The translations under genes were made by a program, and so were the position numbers. DNA of 64,000 nt from a virus: the IMG/VR virus record IMGVR_UViG_3300011116_000922, positions 64,001 to 128,000 of that record. The stretch is one strand, 5' to 3'. Below the pieces are notes generated by a model. The model was not told where the DNA came from. It saw only the letters and a list, made by a program, of their open reading frames with translations, and did not search any database. This document shows positions 29,825 to 38,683 of this stretch, one piece after another; position 1 is the first letter of the stretch; each line of letters begins with the position of its first letter.

Positions 29825-30007
29825 TTAGGTTTTGGGAAGTCTACGGCGGCGAATATTTGTTTTAGTGAGTTTGTTCTTGGCAGGGACGGGAGGAAAGTCA
29901 CTTCCAAGCCCTGCGATTTTCTGATTGCCAACAGTGTTGGTGGGTGCGCTTGTGGGCAAACCACCGTCTTGTTCCATGAACGCAGCGAACCGCTTTAGTT
30001 TGCCCAT
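29825..30007 (-). CDS. hypothetical T4-like protein
   Basis: KRFAAFME N-terminus, APTNTVG motif; SD GGAGG. Confidence 0.6.
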   Translation of the reverse strand: MGKLKRFAAFMEQDGGLPTSAPTNTVGNQKIAGLGSDFPPVPAKNKLTKTNIRRRRLPKT

Positions 30008-30016
30008 AAACCCTCC

Positions 30017-30400
30017 TTAAAGGCTCCGTAGAGCCTCCGCTAGCCTTCCGTCTAGCGGAATGGCATCCATGTCCTTTTCGTCCAATACCATGCCCTCTCC
30101 TATGTAGTTCAAAAATAGGAGTGTCGTCTTTAAAGCCGGATACAGAGGTTCGTCTAGTTTAAAAAATAACAGACGCGAGGCTACACGGGGCGTAAACACA
30201 TTACCCAAAATGGTAAGGTGATTCAGCAACAAGATGGGTCGGATCTTGCCGCTGCGGTTGTATTTTTTAAGAAGCCGCTTTACATATTTGATGCGGTTCA
30301 GGTCTTCCTGAAACTCACGCATACCCTCACACTGGGGATTGGTGTATTCTCCCATTGCATATAACAAGAAATTGTCGCGGTTGAGTTTCTTAAAGTCCAT
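30017..30400 (-). CDS. conserved T4-like hypothetical protein
   Basis: NFLLYAM..Y.NPQC..EF.EDL.RIKY.KRL..LLNH..L.NVF. Confidence 0.75.
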   Translation of the reverse strand: MDFKKLNRDNFLLYAMGEYTNPQCEGMREFQEDLNRIKYVKRLLKKYNRSGKIRPILLLNHLTILGNVFTPRVASRLLFFKLDEPLYPALKTTLLFLNYIGEGMVLDEKDMDAIPLDGRLAEALRSL

Positions 30401-30418
30401 GACGAAGAGGGGTTGTTT

Positions 30419-30604
30419 TCAGCGTTCCCGTTGCGCGTTCTTTTTCTTGAATTTGTTTTGCTTTTGCTTGGGAGTCAAATCAGTATCTGTAATTTGCGTT
30501 CCGGGAATGGGATCCTGCAATTGCGATCCTTGACCAATGAAAATGCCTTCCGACACTGATTGGTCGTAATTACTTTTGCGAAAATATTCGCAGAAGCCCT
30601 TCAT
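30419..30604 (-). CDS. small hypothetical protein
   Basis: MKGFCEYF... overlapping upstream stop. Confidence 0.45.
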   Translation of the reverse strand: MKGFCEYFRKSNYDQSVSEGIFIGQGSQLQDPIPGTQITDTDLTPKQKQNKFKKKNAQRER

Positions 30605-32763
30605 CACCAACGCATTCCGTGCTTGTCAAGCATACGCTTGATGGACTTTTGCTTTCCGATTTCGGTTCTTGCGCCTGCGTGTGGATCAGCCTTTGGCGCG
30701 GGCTTCTTTGCCTTGGCAGCGGCTTCTTCCTTGACCGCAGCGATGGGACGAGCCGCACCAATCTTCTTGCCCCCCTCCACCTTTTGGGTCAGGATGCTCT
30801 TCTTGGGCTTGCTGCGAACCGCGTCACGGTTTGCCATGAGTTTGTCCAAGCGGGGAGTCCACGCCTTGAACTTCTTGCCTTCCTCCACAGTCTCTTCCTT
30901 CACGGTCTTCTTTTTGGCACGAAGCAGGGCAAAGTCCTGTGCGTCCAGTTTCTTGTTCTTGTTGACATCCAGTTTCTTTTGACCGCCAACAAGTTCTTCC
31001 TGTACACCCATAGCCCGCTTGATGCCCTTCACGGCATTGGCTTGCTGCTTGCCTGTCAGAAGATTGCGGTATCTATCAAGTCCAGTAGTCATGCGTTGCA
31101 GTTGTGAACCGCGCTTGGCAACATATGCGTCCTTTGTTGCCTTGCTCAACTCGTCAATCTGCTCTGCTTCTTCCTTGACAGACTTCTTGGCTTTGGAAAC
31201 GCGGTACAGGGTATCGCCTTCGCCGTGCTGAACGCTTACCTTCTTGCCGCTTGCACGAATGGCATTCAAGTCGGCTTTGGTCTTCTTGAGAGACTTCCAC
31301 TCTTCCTTCACGATCTTGTGGTGAGGAACGGTGATGCTGCTGTACTCGCCAACATCAACCACATAGCCGCCACCGTGCTGCGCTGCCTTGCTGCTGCCAC
31401 CGTTGTCGTGGCGCACGATCTTGCCCTTCACCATCTTGCCCTTGTGGGGAACCTTGACGGTATCTCCCACTTTGTGCATTTCCTCAATTGCCTCAATCTC
31501 TTCCTTCACTTCAGCGCGACTGCCACGCTTCACCAGTTTGCCACCGCGACCGTAGGTGCGGGGCGAATCATATTCCTTGCGATCTTGTGCCAACAGAGCA
31601 TTCACCTTTTTTTCAGTCTTATCAAGACGCTTTTCTGCTGCTTTTGCCTTCTTGTAAGAAGGGGAATTCATTTTGGTGGTGTAAGCGCGATCAGCACGGT
31701 CGTCTTGCTTGGCAATCTTGCGCTCCATTTCTTTCTGACGGGAAGCGGTCTGTGCCATCTCGTCCAGTTCTGCTTCTTCCTTTACAGGCTTCGTGGCAGG
31801 CTTGCCCATGCCCGGACGAATGGTTGCCAACTGATCCTTGGTCAACTTCTTCTTGGCTTCGTCCAGTTCGGTTTCTTCCTTCTGCATCTTCTTGTTGTGC
31901 AGTTTCCAAGCGGTAGCATACATGACGCTCTTGCCACGCTTGCCGTACTGCTTGGTGAACGAAGCCTTGGTCTTCTTGGAGCCTGTCATCTTCTCCATGT
32001 CGGGAGGCGACACTTCATCCAACTGCTCGGTTTCTTCGTACATGGAAGGCTTTTCGCTCTTGCTCTTCTTCTTTTCAGCCTTCTTCTCTTCTTCGCTGTC
32101 GTGGCTGTACACACCCATCTTCTTGTCTTCGTCCACCTGCTCTACTTCTTCTGCCACAACAGGAGCAGCGGGAGCGAGTTTCGCGCTCACCACATACAGC
32201 GAATCGGGATTCAGTTCCACATCAATGTGGAGATTGAGTTCGGTGTAGCCACCTGTTGGGTTAGCCTTGCCGTCAAAGCGAATCTGTCCGGTCAGCGCAT
32301 CGTAACCGTCAACGCGACCAAACTGCTTGACAGTGATGTCATACGAGCCAACGCCTTGCAGGAGCATTCCCGGTCGCCAATCAAAGTCCAGTTGCACAAC
32401 ATTCAGGCGAACCTTCATCTTGAGCAGGGCTTCGTTGGGATCAAGGTAGGTGGCACGGGAAATGGTGGACAGCATGGCATTCACGCCGTTGAGCGCACCC
32501 GCAGAGTGAATGTGGTGCAGACCTGCGCCGTCCTTGTGAGCGGAGCGGTTGCCGTATCCGGTAAGAACTTCCGAGTACTCGCTCTCGTTGAGGGTGCTGC
32601 GGAACGCCTTGAACGACTTGTTTTCGTGTTGCATATGTTTTGCCTTTGAAATTTCAATTGCAGCGAGTTGCTTGGCTGCTTTTTCCTTGGAAGGATGAGT
32701 TCCCAATACTTTGGTTCCGCTCTTGTCGGTGACTACGAATTTGTTGCCGCGCTTCTGTATCAT
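30604..32763 (-). CDS. modular capsid-internal polyprotein
   Basis: Basic modules separated by about 10 acidic (V)KEE.E(L/I)DE linkers. Confidence 0.65.
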   Translation of the reverse strand: MIQKRGNKFVVTDKSGTKVLGTHPSKEKAAKQLAAIEISKAKHMQHENKSFKAFRSTLNESEYSEVLTGYGNRSAHKDGAGLHHIHSAGALNGVNAMLSTISRATYLDPNEALLKMKVRLNVVQLDFDWRPGMLLQGVGSYDITVKQFGRVDGYDALTGQIRFDGKANPTGGYTELNLHIDVELNPDSLYVVSAKLAPAAPVVAEEVEQVDEDKKMGVYSHDSEEEKKAEKKKSKSEKPSMYEETEQLDEVSPPDMEKMTGSKKTKASFTKQYGKRGKSVMYATAWKLHNKKMQKEETELDEAKKKLTKDQLATIRPGMGKPATKPVKEEAELDEMAQTASRQKEMERKIAKQDDRADRAYTTKMNSPSYKKAKAAEKRLDKTEKKVNALLAQDRKEYDSPRTYGRGGKLVKRGSRAEVKEEIEAIEEMHKVGDTVKVPHKGKMVKGKIVRHDNGGSSKAAQHGGGYVVDVGEYSSITVPHHKIVKEEWKSLKKTKADLNAIRASGKKVSVQHGEGDTLYRVSKAKKSVKEEAEQIDELSKATKDAYVAKRGSQLQRMTTGLDRYRNLLTGKQQANAVKGIKRAMGVQEELVGGQKKLDVNKNKKLDAQDFALLRAKKKTVKEETVEEGKKFKAWTPRLDKLMANRDAVRSKPKKSILTQKVEGGKKIGAARPIAAVKEEAAAKAKKPAPKADPHAGARTEIGKQKSIKRMLDKHGMRW

Positions 32764-32766
32764 GGT

Positions 32767-33780
32767 TTAGTCCGATGTGGTTTCAGAACGATAGTCTGCA
32801 TCGGATGCTCTCTTGCTGCCACTGCCAGACTTCTTGCGCCGATCTGCTGCCCACGACATCTTGCCGCTCTTGGTGTCCTGACGAGCCAGTGGATTGGTGG
32901 AGCCACGCGCAGGAGGAACAGGCTTCTTGATTTCCGCAGCGTGTGCTGCGTAATCGGCTTTGGCTTTCTTTAGTTTGGCTTGAGCCGGGGAACCTTCCCA
33001 CGCTTCTTCAATATCCGAGCGCATTTGGAAGAACGACTTGCCTTCGCTCACACTCTTCCATCCGCCGCCCTTGGAGTTGTACCACTTGACTGCCCATCCG
33101 TTGGCATAAGCCGAAGGGTACACATCAAACTTGCTCTTGGCAGCAGCCTTGGCTTGCGACCACAGGCTTGGATTGGTGGGCTTGTTGGCTTCAAGAATTT
33201 CTTGAGCGGTTTCGTCAAGTCCAACCAGTGCAATGCTTTCAGCGCAGGCATAGTCAAAAGACTCTTCGATGTTTGCGGCATCACCCATCGTGCGCTTGAA
33301 TGCGTTGAACAGGGTAGGGTTGCCTGTGATCTTCTTGACCATTGAATCCAACAGGTCAATCATCATTTCGCGGTACACCTTGCCCACAGCCATCTTTTTC
33401 ATGTTGCTCTTGGACGAGAAAGCCTTACGAGCAGCAGTCACCTTTTCCTTGTCAACCAATCCACTGCGGAACAGCACATTGGCTCGGCTGGTTTCAACGC
33501 TCTCACCAATCTTCTGTGTGCTGCCTGCGTACATATCCGCATCGTCTTTGATGCCCTTTTCGTGGCTCAAGGTGGCACGGACAGCGTTGTACACGGTGCG
33601 ATTGTTCAGGATTGTGTCAACCACATCCACTAGGAGTTCCTGCATCACGGTGCGGTACGCGGGACTCTTGGCGTATCGCTCGGGGTCTTGCATCATGGTG
33701 ATGACGCGGCGCATATTGTTTTTCGACACTAGACCCAAGCGGAGCAGTGTCTGTAGTTTGGACTTGATAGCAGTATCCAT
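32767..33780 (-). CDS. putative internal virion protein with tandem helical repeat and KPTNPSLW..YPSAYA module
   Basis: Two LxRxGLV..YR..M..LL repeats; DUF5872-like module; upstream CTAAATA. Confidence 0.65.
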   Translation of the reverse strand: MDTAIKSKLQTLLRLGLVSKNNMRRVITMMQDPERYAKSPAYRTVMQELLVDVVDTILNNRTVYNAVRATLSHEKGIKDDADMYAGSTQKIGESVETSRANVLFRSGLVDKEKVTAARKAFSSKSNMKKMAVGKVYREMMIDLLDSMVKKITGNPTLFNAFKRTMGDAANIEESFDYACAESIALVGLDETAQEILEANKPTNPSLWSQAKAAAKSKFDVYPSAYANGWAVKWYNSKGGGWKSVSEGKSFFQMRSDIEEAWEGSPAQAKLKKAKADYAAHAAEIKKPVPPARGSTNPLARQDTKSGKMSWAADRRKKSGSGSKRASDADYRSETTSD

Positions 33781-33836
33781 GCGGTTGATTCCTTTAAGAA
33801 GGCTCTTTTCTTTATTTAGACCGTGAAATATTGCCG

Positions 33837-35120
33837 TCAGGTCATGCGAACAGGACCGTAAACTGTCCTGCCGTTGTTGATTCGATAGATTGCGGTCTTG
33901 CCGTTTTTCAGGGTCACATAGATTTCTTCACCGTACCGGATAGCCGATACCGCGTCATTTGCAAATATTTGATACGGTTGGCTGCATCGACCAATATAAA
34001 AATACACTCTTCCGCCCTTGACTGCCACCCATGTGTTTTCGGCATTGTTTTGCGGGGTGCGTGGGCACGATGCGTCTTCACCCAAAGACTTGTGGCTTAC
34101 CACCACTGGCTTGTTGCCCTTGCCGCTCTTGGAGGCTTTGGATTCGGCTCTGCGCTTTTGGGACACAGCAGCCTTGCGTTCCTTGGGAGTCATCTCGCCA
34201 ACGGTTTCGGGGGTCTTGCCCACCTTGTGCAGCGGACGGCACTTGGGGTACGCGCCGCCTTCGCTTGCGCTTTTGCGACCACACGGCGGATACTCTCCGG
34301 TCTTGGGGTCTTTCTTGCCGCCAATGTTTACCCACTTCTGCTTGAACCAATCGCCCAAGTCTTCGTCAATCTTGCACGGCGGCGTGGGGAACTGGGTGTT
34401 GTGCTTGGAGAATCCTCCCGTTTGACCGGGGGTGGGAGGTCTGCGCTTTTTCTTGTCGCTTTCAAGAATGTTCTTGGCAGCGGCGGTATACAATTCGCTG
34501 AAGTCCATTTCTTCCTTCATGCTGCCGCGCATTCCGCGCTTGATGTCATCAAACAGCCGCTTGGTGTCGTCCTTCTTTACTTCGCGGGGCATTCCACTTG
34601 CAAATGCCTTCATATCGTTTTGAGCAACGGCTTCGCGCATCTTGCTTGCGCTCATGCCTCTCACGCCCGATGCATTGGCATCGCGCTTTCCTGCCATGAT
34701 GAAATCGTACTTTTTGAGTTTGAGCCGTTTCTTTGGATCAGGATGCTTCATCAATTTCTTGATTACGCTGTCATCGTAATCCTCGCTGCGGTCTTCTCCC
34801 CCCACAAACACAACATGATCGTAGCCCTGATCTGCCAAATAGTAAATCAAGTCAAACGGTGTGCGGATGGTGTCCGCATTCAGGAAATTAACTCCCGGAA
34901 AAAGGCGTTTCAACCAATAGTATTTACGAGATGGCGACAGTGGATTCTTTTTGGGATCCTGACTGCGACTGAAACCAATCGCGTGTTCGGCTCCCATCTT
35001 TCTCGCTGTGTCAACCACCTTGTCGAACAAGAGTTGGTGCCCTGAAGTTGGTGGCTGAAAACGACCGAAAGCAACTACGATAGTTTTGCTTCGTCGTGGA
35101 TCTTTTAAAGATTTAGCCAC
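33837..35120 (-). CDS. cytidylyltransferase-family (HxGH) nucleotidyltransferase with C-terminal basic modules
   Basis: VAFGRFQPPTSGH, KNPLS, GEDR, MSASKMR; C-terminal WFKQKWV..CGR..YPKCRP. Confidence 0.8.
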   Translation of the reverse strand: MAKSLKDPRRSKTIVVAFGRFQPPTSGHQLLFDKVVDTARKMGAEHAIGFSRSQDPKKNPLSPSRKYYWLKRLFPGVNFLNADTIRTPFDLIYYLADQGYDHVVFVGGEDRSEDYDDSVIKKLMKHPDPKKRLKLKKYDFIMAGKRDANASGVRGMSASKMREAVAQNDMKAFASGMPREVKKDDTKRLFDDIKRGMRGSMKEEMDFSELYTAAAKNILESDKKKRRPPTPGQTGGFSKHNTQFPTPPCKIDEDLGDWFKQKWVNIGGKKDPKTGEYPPCGRKSASEGGAYPKCRPLHKVGKTPETVGEMTPKERKAAVSQKRRAESKASKSGKGNKPVVVSHKSLGEDASCPRTPQNNAENTWVAVKGGRVYFYIGRCSQPYQIFANDAVSAIRYGEEIYVTLKNGKTAIYRINNGRTVYGPVRMT

Positions 35121-35162
35121 TTTGGATCACCTCCCGCAATGCACTTCAAATGCACCAACTCT

Positions 35163-36380
35163 TTACTGTTTCCACGCCTTGGACAGCGTGAAATTTGCCT
35201 TTGAGAATTCGATGCGATCAACCAATTTGACTGCATCGTTACTCATACGATCTATTGCAACGAATCCTTCGGGAACCGTTGCCACATACTTGTCGCCCTT
35301 CTGCACAAAAGTACCAAACTCCGTGGTCAAGGCAGACAGTTTTGCTAGTACATGCTTCTTCAGCATGGCTACACGATTATGTAGGGCAAACAACCGATTG
35401 ATTTGGTTGCGGTTGTTGCGGATGTAATCCAGTGTAGGCGTGGGAGTTTTAGCGGGAACTTTTGATTTGCGCGCTTTGCGCTTTGCGTCAATCTTTGCAG
35501 AGATGAACGCAATAAGTTCGTTGGTGTCTCCCAACTCCCGTCCTGCACGGATGATTCCGTTAAAGTAAGTCTTGATTTCTGCTACCAGTGCGGTGTTCTT
35601 GGCAACCGCATTCATGGCAGACTTTAGTGCAATTCCGTCTTTGATGATTCCATCAATTTGTGAATTGATGTGGGCAATATCCGTGGCACTAAACAAGCCA
35701 TTACCCTTGGAGAAACGGTAGGTGGCATTGTCGAACCACACCTTGCGGCTCTTTGCCAATCCTGAAAGGTCGGGATTGAACTGGACAACTTTCAGGTCAG
35801 CAATGCTCTTGCCACCGTATTCCGTGTGGAACACAATTCCAATATCCGCAGCAGTGATTCGCGCACCCAAATCGGACTTGGGATCAACAGCGTACTTGAT
35901 GGTGTTGGGTTGGAAAGTAATGTACCGCTTGCCGTCAATGGTTTCACGCTTGAGCGAATCCTTGTCGAACAGCAGATCGCCTTGCAGCACGGTGCTGATC
36001 CGCAAGGACTTGAAATACTTGAGAGCCAGTTTGAGTTTGGCATTCAAGCCTTCTGCCGGATGGTTGCGGTCAATGTCGGCTTCGGTGTAGTTCACCTTGG
36101 GTGTCACATTGAACACGCTCTTGGTGCCCACGAAGAACTTGCCGTTGTTTGGATCGGTTCCCACGATGATTGCGGGTGCGCCGTCCCACTTCACGGAAAT
36201 ATCATACGGCACGGTGTCGTTGCCGTGCAGCGACTGCACCACACCGCGCAGGGAATTCATGGACTTGGAAAAACCCACAAACCCGTGATTGAATATTTCG
36301 TCCTCCAAATGCTCCAAGTGGACATTTTTGCCACCTGTGCTTTGCAGGGATTCCGCCAAGAAGGGAATAAATGAGTTCAT
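35163..36380 (-). CDS. DUF6267-like protein with ligase-type KxDG motif
   Basis: KNVHLEHLED, SVKWDGAPA, QGDLLF, FQPNTI, PEGFVA, KLVDR.EFS. Confidence 0.75.
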   Translation of the reverse strand: MNSFIPFLAESLQSTGGKNVHLEHLEDEIFNHGFVGFSKSMNSLRGVVQSLHGNDTVPYDISVKWDGAPAIIVGTDPNNGKFFVGTKSVFNVTPKVNYTEADIDRNHPAEGLNAKLKLALKYFKSLRISTVLQGDLLFDKDSLKRETIDGKRYITFQPNTIKYAVDPKSDLGARITAADIGIVFHTEYGGKSIADLKVVQFNPDLSGLAKSRKVWFDNATYRFSKGNGLFSATDIAHINSQIDGIIKDGIALKSAMNAVAKNTALVAEIKTYFNGIIRAGRELGDTNELIAFISAKIDAKRKARKSKVPAKTPTPTLDYIRNNRNQINRLFALHNRVAMLKKHVLAKLSALTTEFGTFVQKGDKYVATVPEGFVAIDRMSNDAVKLVDRIEFSKANFTLSKAWKQ

Positions 36381-36397
36381 GGGTTTCACCCCATTAT

Positions 36398-37063
36398 TTA
36401 GACTACGGAAACCTGTTCGGACTTCCAAAGTGCAATGGCATCAGCCAGTGGCTCCACCCAATCCATAGTCTTGGCTTCGAATACTTGACATTCGCCCGTG
36501 TTGCTTACACCAATAATGATGGTGATATTGTCCACGCGCTGCCCTGTCAGGTCTTGCCACATGAGCGCATACGCTGCTCCCTGAGTAAAATAATCAGAGA
36601 TAGCGTCTTCACTTTTTGGATTTTTTGAAGTCTTGAAGTCCACCACAGATAGTACACCGTTGTACTCCGCAATACAATCTGTGCGCCCCGCCAATCCAAC
36701 CTTTTTCGACCACAGCGCAACTTCAATTGCGCGGATGTTGTCGATGCAGTCGATGTGCGGCTGCATGGTATTGAAAATATCCAATTCTTCCGTGCCCTTG
36801 GCTTCTTGCAGGGTGGTTTCGAATCGGTTTTGCAGGTAGTCTTCAATTATGGAGTGAACCTTCGTGCCGCGAGACAGGACCCTCTTGGATTCTTCGGGAT
36901 TGTCGCGCCGCCACTTGGCAAAGAAAGCACGCTTTGCCCATCCGGTCACGGTGGTAACAGAAGGAAAAACACCATGAGGTGTTGCGTAACGCCTTGATCC
37001 GTTTTCTTCAATTGTATTGATTTCACCCGTGATGTTCACGAACGCATGATGAAAAGTTTTCAT
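36398..37063 (-). CDS. PD-(D/E)xK exonuclease (Cas4/lambda-exonuclease-like)
   Basis: PSVTTV, RGT.VH, IE..L, AGRTDCI, VDFKTS, Q..AYA.M. Confidence 0.85.
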   Translation of the reverse strand: MKTFHHAFVNITGEINTIEENGSRRYATPHGVFPSVTTVTGWAKRAFFAKWRRDNPEESKRVLSRGTKVHSIIEDYLQNRFETTLQEAKGTEELDIFNTMQPHIDCIDNIRAIEVALWSKKVGLAGRTDCIAEYNGVLSVVDFKTSKNPKSEDAISDYFTQGAAYALMWQDLTGQRVDNITIIIGVSNTGECQVFEAKTMDWVEPLADAIALWKSEQVSVV

Positions 37064-37066
37064 GTA

Positions 37067-37234
37067 TTACTCTTTGTCTGTGGGCTTTTCGTCCACAATC
37101 TGTACATCCTTGGCAGGCGTTGCCTTGGGCGTGATTGCTGTTTGGTTCCGTTCAAGCCACTTCTTTGCAGCGGCGAATTCGGGCTTCTGCTGTTGCTGTT
37201 GCATCCACAGTAGCATGTCTCTCATGTTTGCCAT
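37067..37234 (-). CDS. small hypothetical protein (55 aa, not in ORF track)
   Basis: MANMRDMLLWMQQQQQ...; SD AAGGAG and CTACATA upstream. Confidence 0.65.
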   Translation of the reverse strand: MANMRDMLLWMQQQQQKPEFAAAKKWLERNQTAITPKATPAKDVQIVDEKPTDKE

Positions 37235-37289
37235 AGTGTTCTCCTTCTAGTATGTAGGTTGCCGACTTGAAATATTTTACACTAACTGG

Positions 37290-38114
37290 TTACTTTCCTT
37301 CATTCAAATGGTTCAGGCACTCTTCATATGTTTCAAGTAGTGCCTGCGATGTACTAATGTAATCAGCGGCTCCACTGGTGAATGCTTCTGTTATTGCTTT
37401 TGTGAATTTGTTTCCAGTTCCGAAAAGCACAATGGACGGCAGGCATATCCCCACCATTGCCTCATGCAAATATGAAATCTTGTTGTCAAAAGAAACCGAG
37501 CCGTTCTTTTGCTGATCTTCAATCCGGCACAGAACCTGTTCAAAGGCTTCGCGGTGTGATCCGGTCGCGGATAGATTTTCATTTGCCCGATCAATAATGG
37601 ATCGCGTTGCCTTGACACACGCACACTGAACACTGTAGTCGCATTCTTCCTTTACGGAAAGGAATTCCAAAGGCTTCATGTGCTTTCGCAGTTGGGCTAG
37701 AATGGTGTAGCGATTGAAGAATTGCAGATCCTCTTCCAGTGATCGAACGAATGAGTACTCGCTCATGGCTTCTGCAAGCGACCACAGGCGACCGAACGGC
37801 TTTCCCGCATTGAAGGGCAGGGTGTACAGCGATTCTTCTTTTTGTGTGGAGTGCCTGCACACGCTGCCTATCCACGGTGAATATCGGAGTTCTGCATTTC
37901 CTGTTCGCAACCACACAACAGGCGATTCGTACCGCTCAATCAGGCTGTTTGCCAATGCAAGCAGGAGCCGAGCGTCACTGGGTGACTCCTCAACAATGCG
38001 TAGCGTGAGTGGATGTGATGTGGAATCGGAAACGGTGAATGTCACGACCGCTTCCGCGTTTTTGTCCATTACAGAAATACGACCACCGTTTTCGGTGCGT
38101 TCACATTGAATCAT
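37290..38114 (-). CDS. hypothetical protein
   Basis: 274-aa ORF with SD AGGAG and TAAATA upstream. Confidence 0.65.
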   Translation of the reverse strand: MIQCERTENGGRISVMDKNAEAVVTFTVSDSTSHPLTLRIVEESPSDARLLLALANSLIERYESPVVWLRTGNAELRYSPWIGSVCRHSTQKEESLYTLPFNAGKPFGRLWSLAEAMSEYSFVRSLEEDLQFFNRYTILAQLRKHMKPLEFLSVKEECDYSVQCACVKATRSIIDRANENLSATGSHREAFEQVLCRIEDQQKNGSVSFDNKISYLHEAMVGICLPSIVLFGTGNKFTKAITEAFTSGAADYISTSQALLETYEECLNHLNEGK

Positions 38115-38131
38115 TGTGTAGTCTCCTGTTG

Positions 38132-38683
38132 TTATTTATGCTTGCGTGGGCGCAAGCCAAACGACAGCCGTTTACGCATGGAGATTTTACGCCGCCGCTT
38201 GGAAACATTCCGCTTGGAACGAGCCTTCCGAGCAGAACGCTTTGAGCGGAGTTTTAGTTTACGCAACTGCGAACCGGGACGGCGCACACAGATGCGTGCC
38301 CCCTTTTTCATCATGCCCGGACCACACTTGAAGATGATTCGCTTCTTGCCCTTGCGAACCACGATCTTGCGCCGTGCGGCGGCTTCGTTAATCATCTGTG
38401 TTTCCACTTCCACAGACTCTTCAATCTCTTCGTCTTCATCAATCTCTACATCAATCTCTGCTTCTTCAACAGGATCAAGAATAGAGATTACGCCGTCTTC
38501 GCCTTCTTCCCATTCGATACCTTCTTCTTCAAGATATTCGATGACTTGTTCGCGGCTAAAGTTGGGCATATCCAAAACGATCTTGGTTTCGGTGAGTTCA
38601 GCATCAAACTCTTCAGAAAACAGTCTCTGAAGGGAATTGAAAGCGTGGTCGCGCAAGTCTTTAAAGTCTTTCATTTTAGGCAT
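38132..38683 (-). CDS. prohead-core-like protein, acidic N-half and very basic C-half
   Basis: INE|AAARRKIVVRKGKKR..KC.PG; Arg/Lys-rich tail after a putative Glu cleavage site. Confidence 0.6.
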   Translation of the reverse strand: MPKMKDFKDLRDHAFNSLQRLFSEEFDAELTETKIVLDMPNFSREQVIEYLEEEGIEWEEGEDGVISILDPVEEAEIDVEIDEDEEIEESVEVETQMINEAAARRKIVVRKGKKRIIFKCGPGMMKKGARICVRRPGSQLRKLKLRSKRSARKARSKRNVSKRRRKISMRKRLSFGLRPRKHK

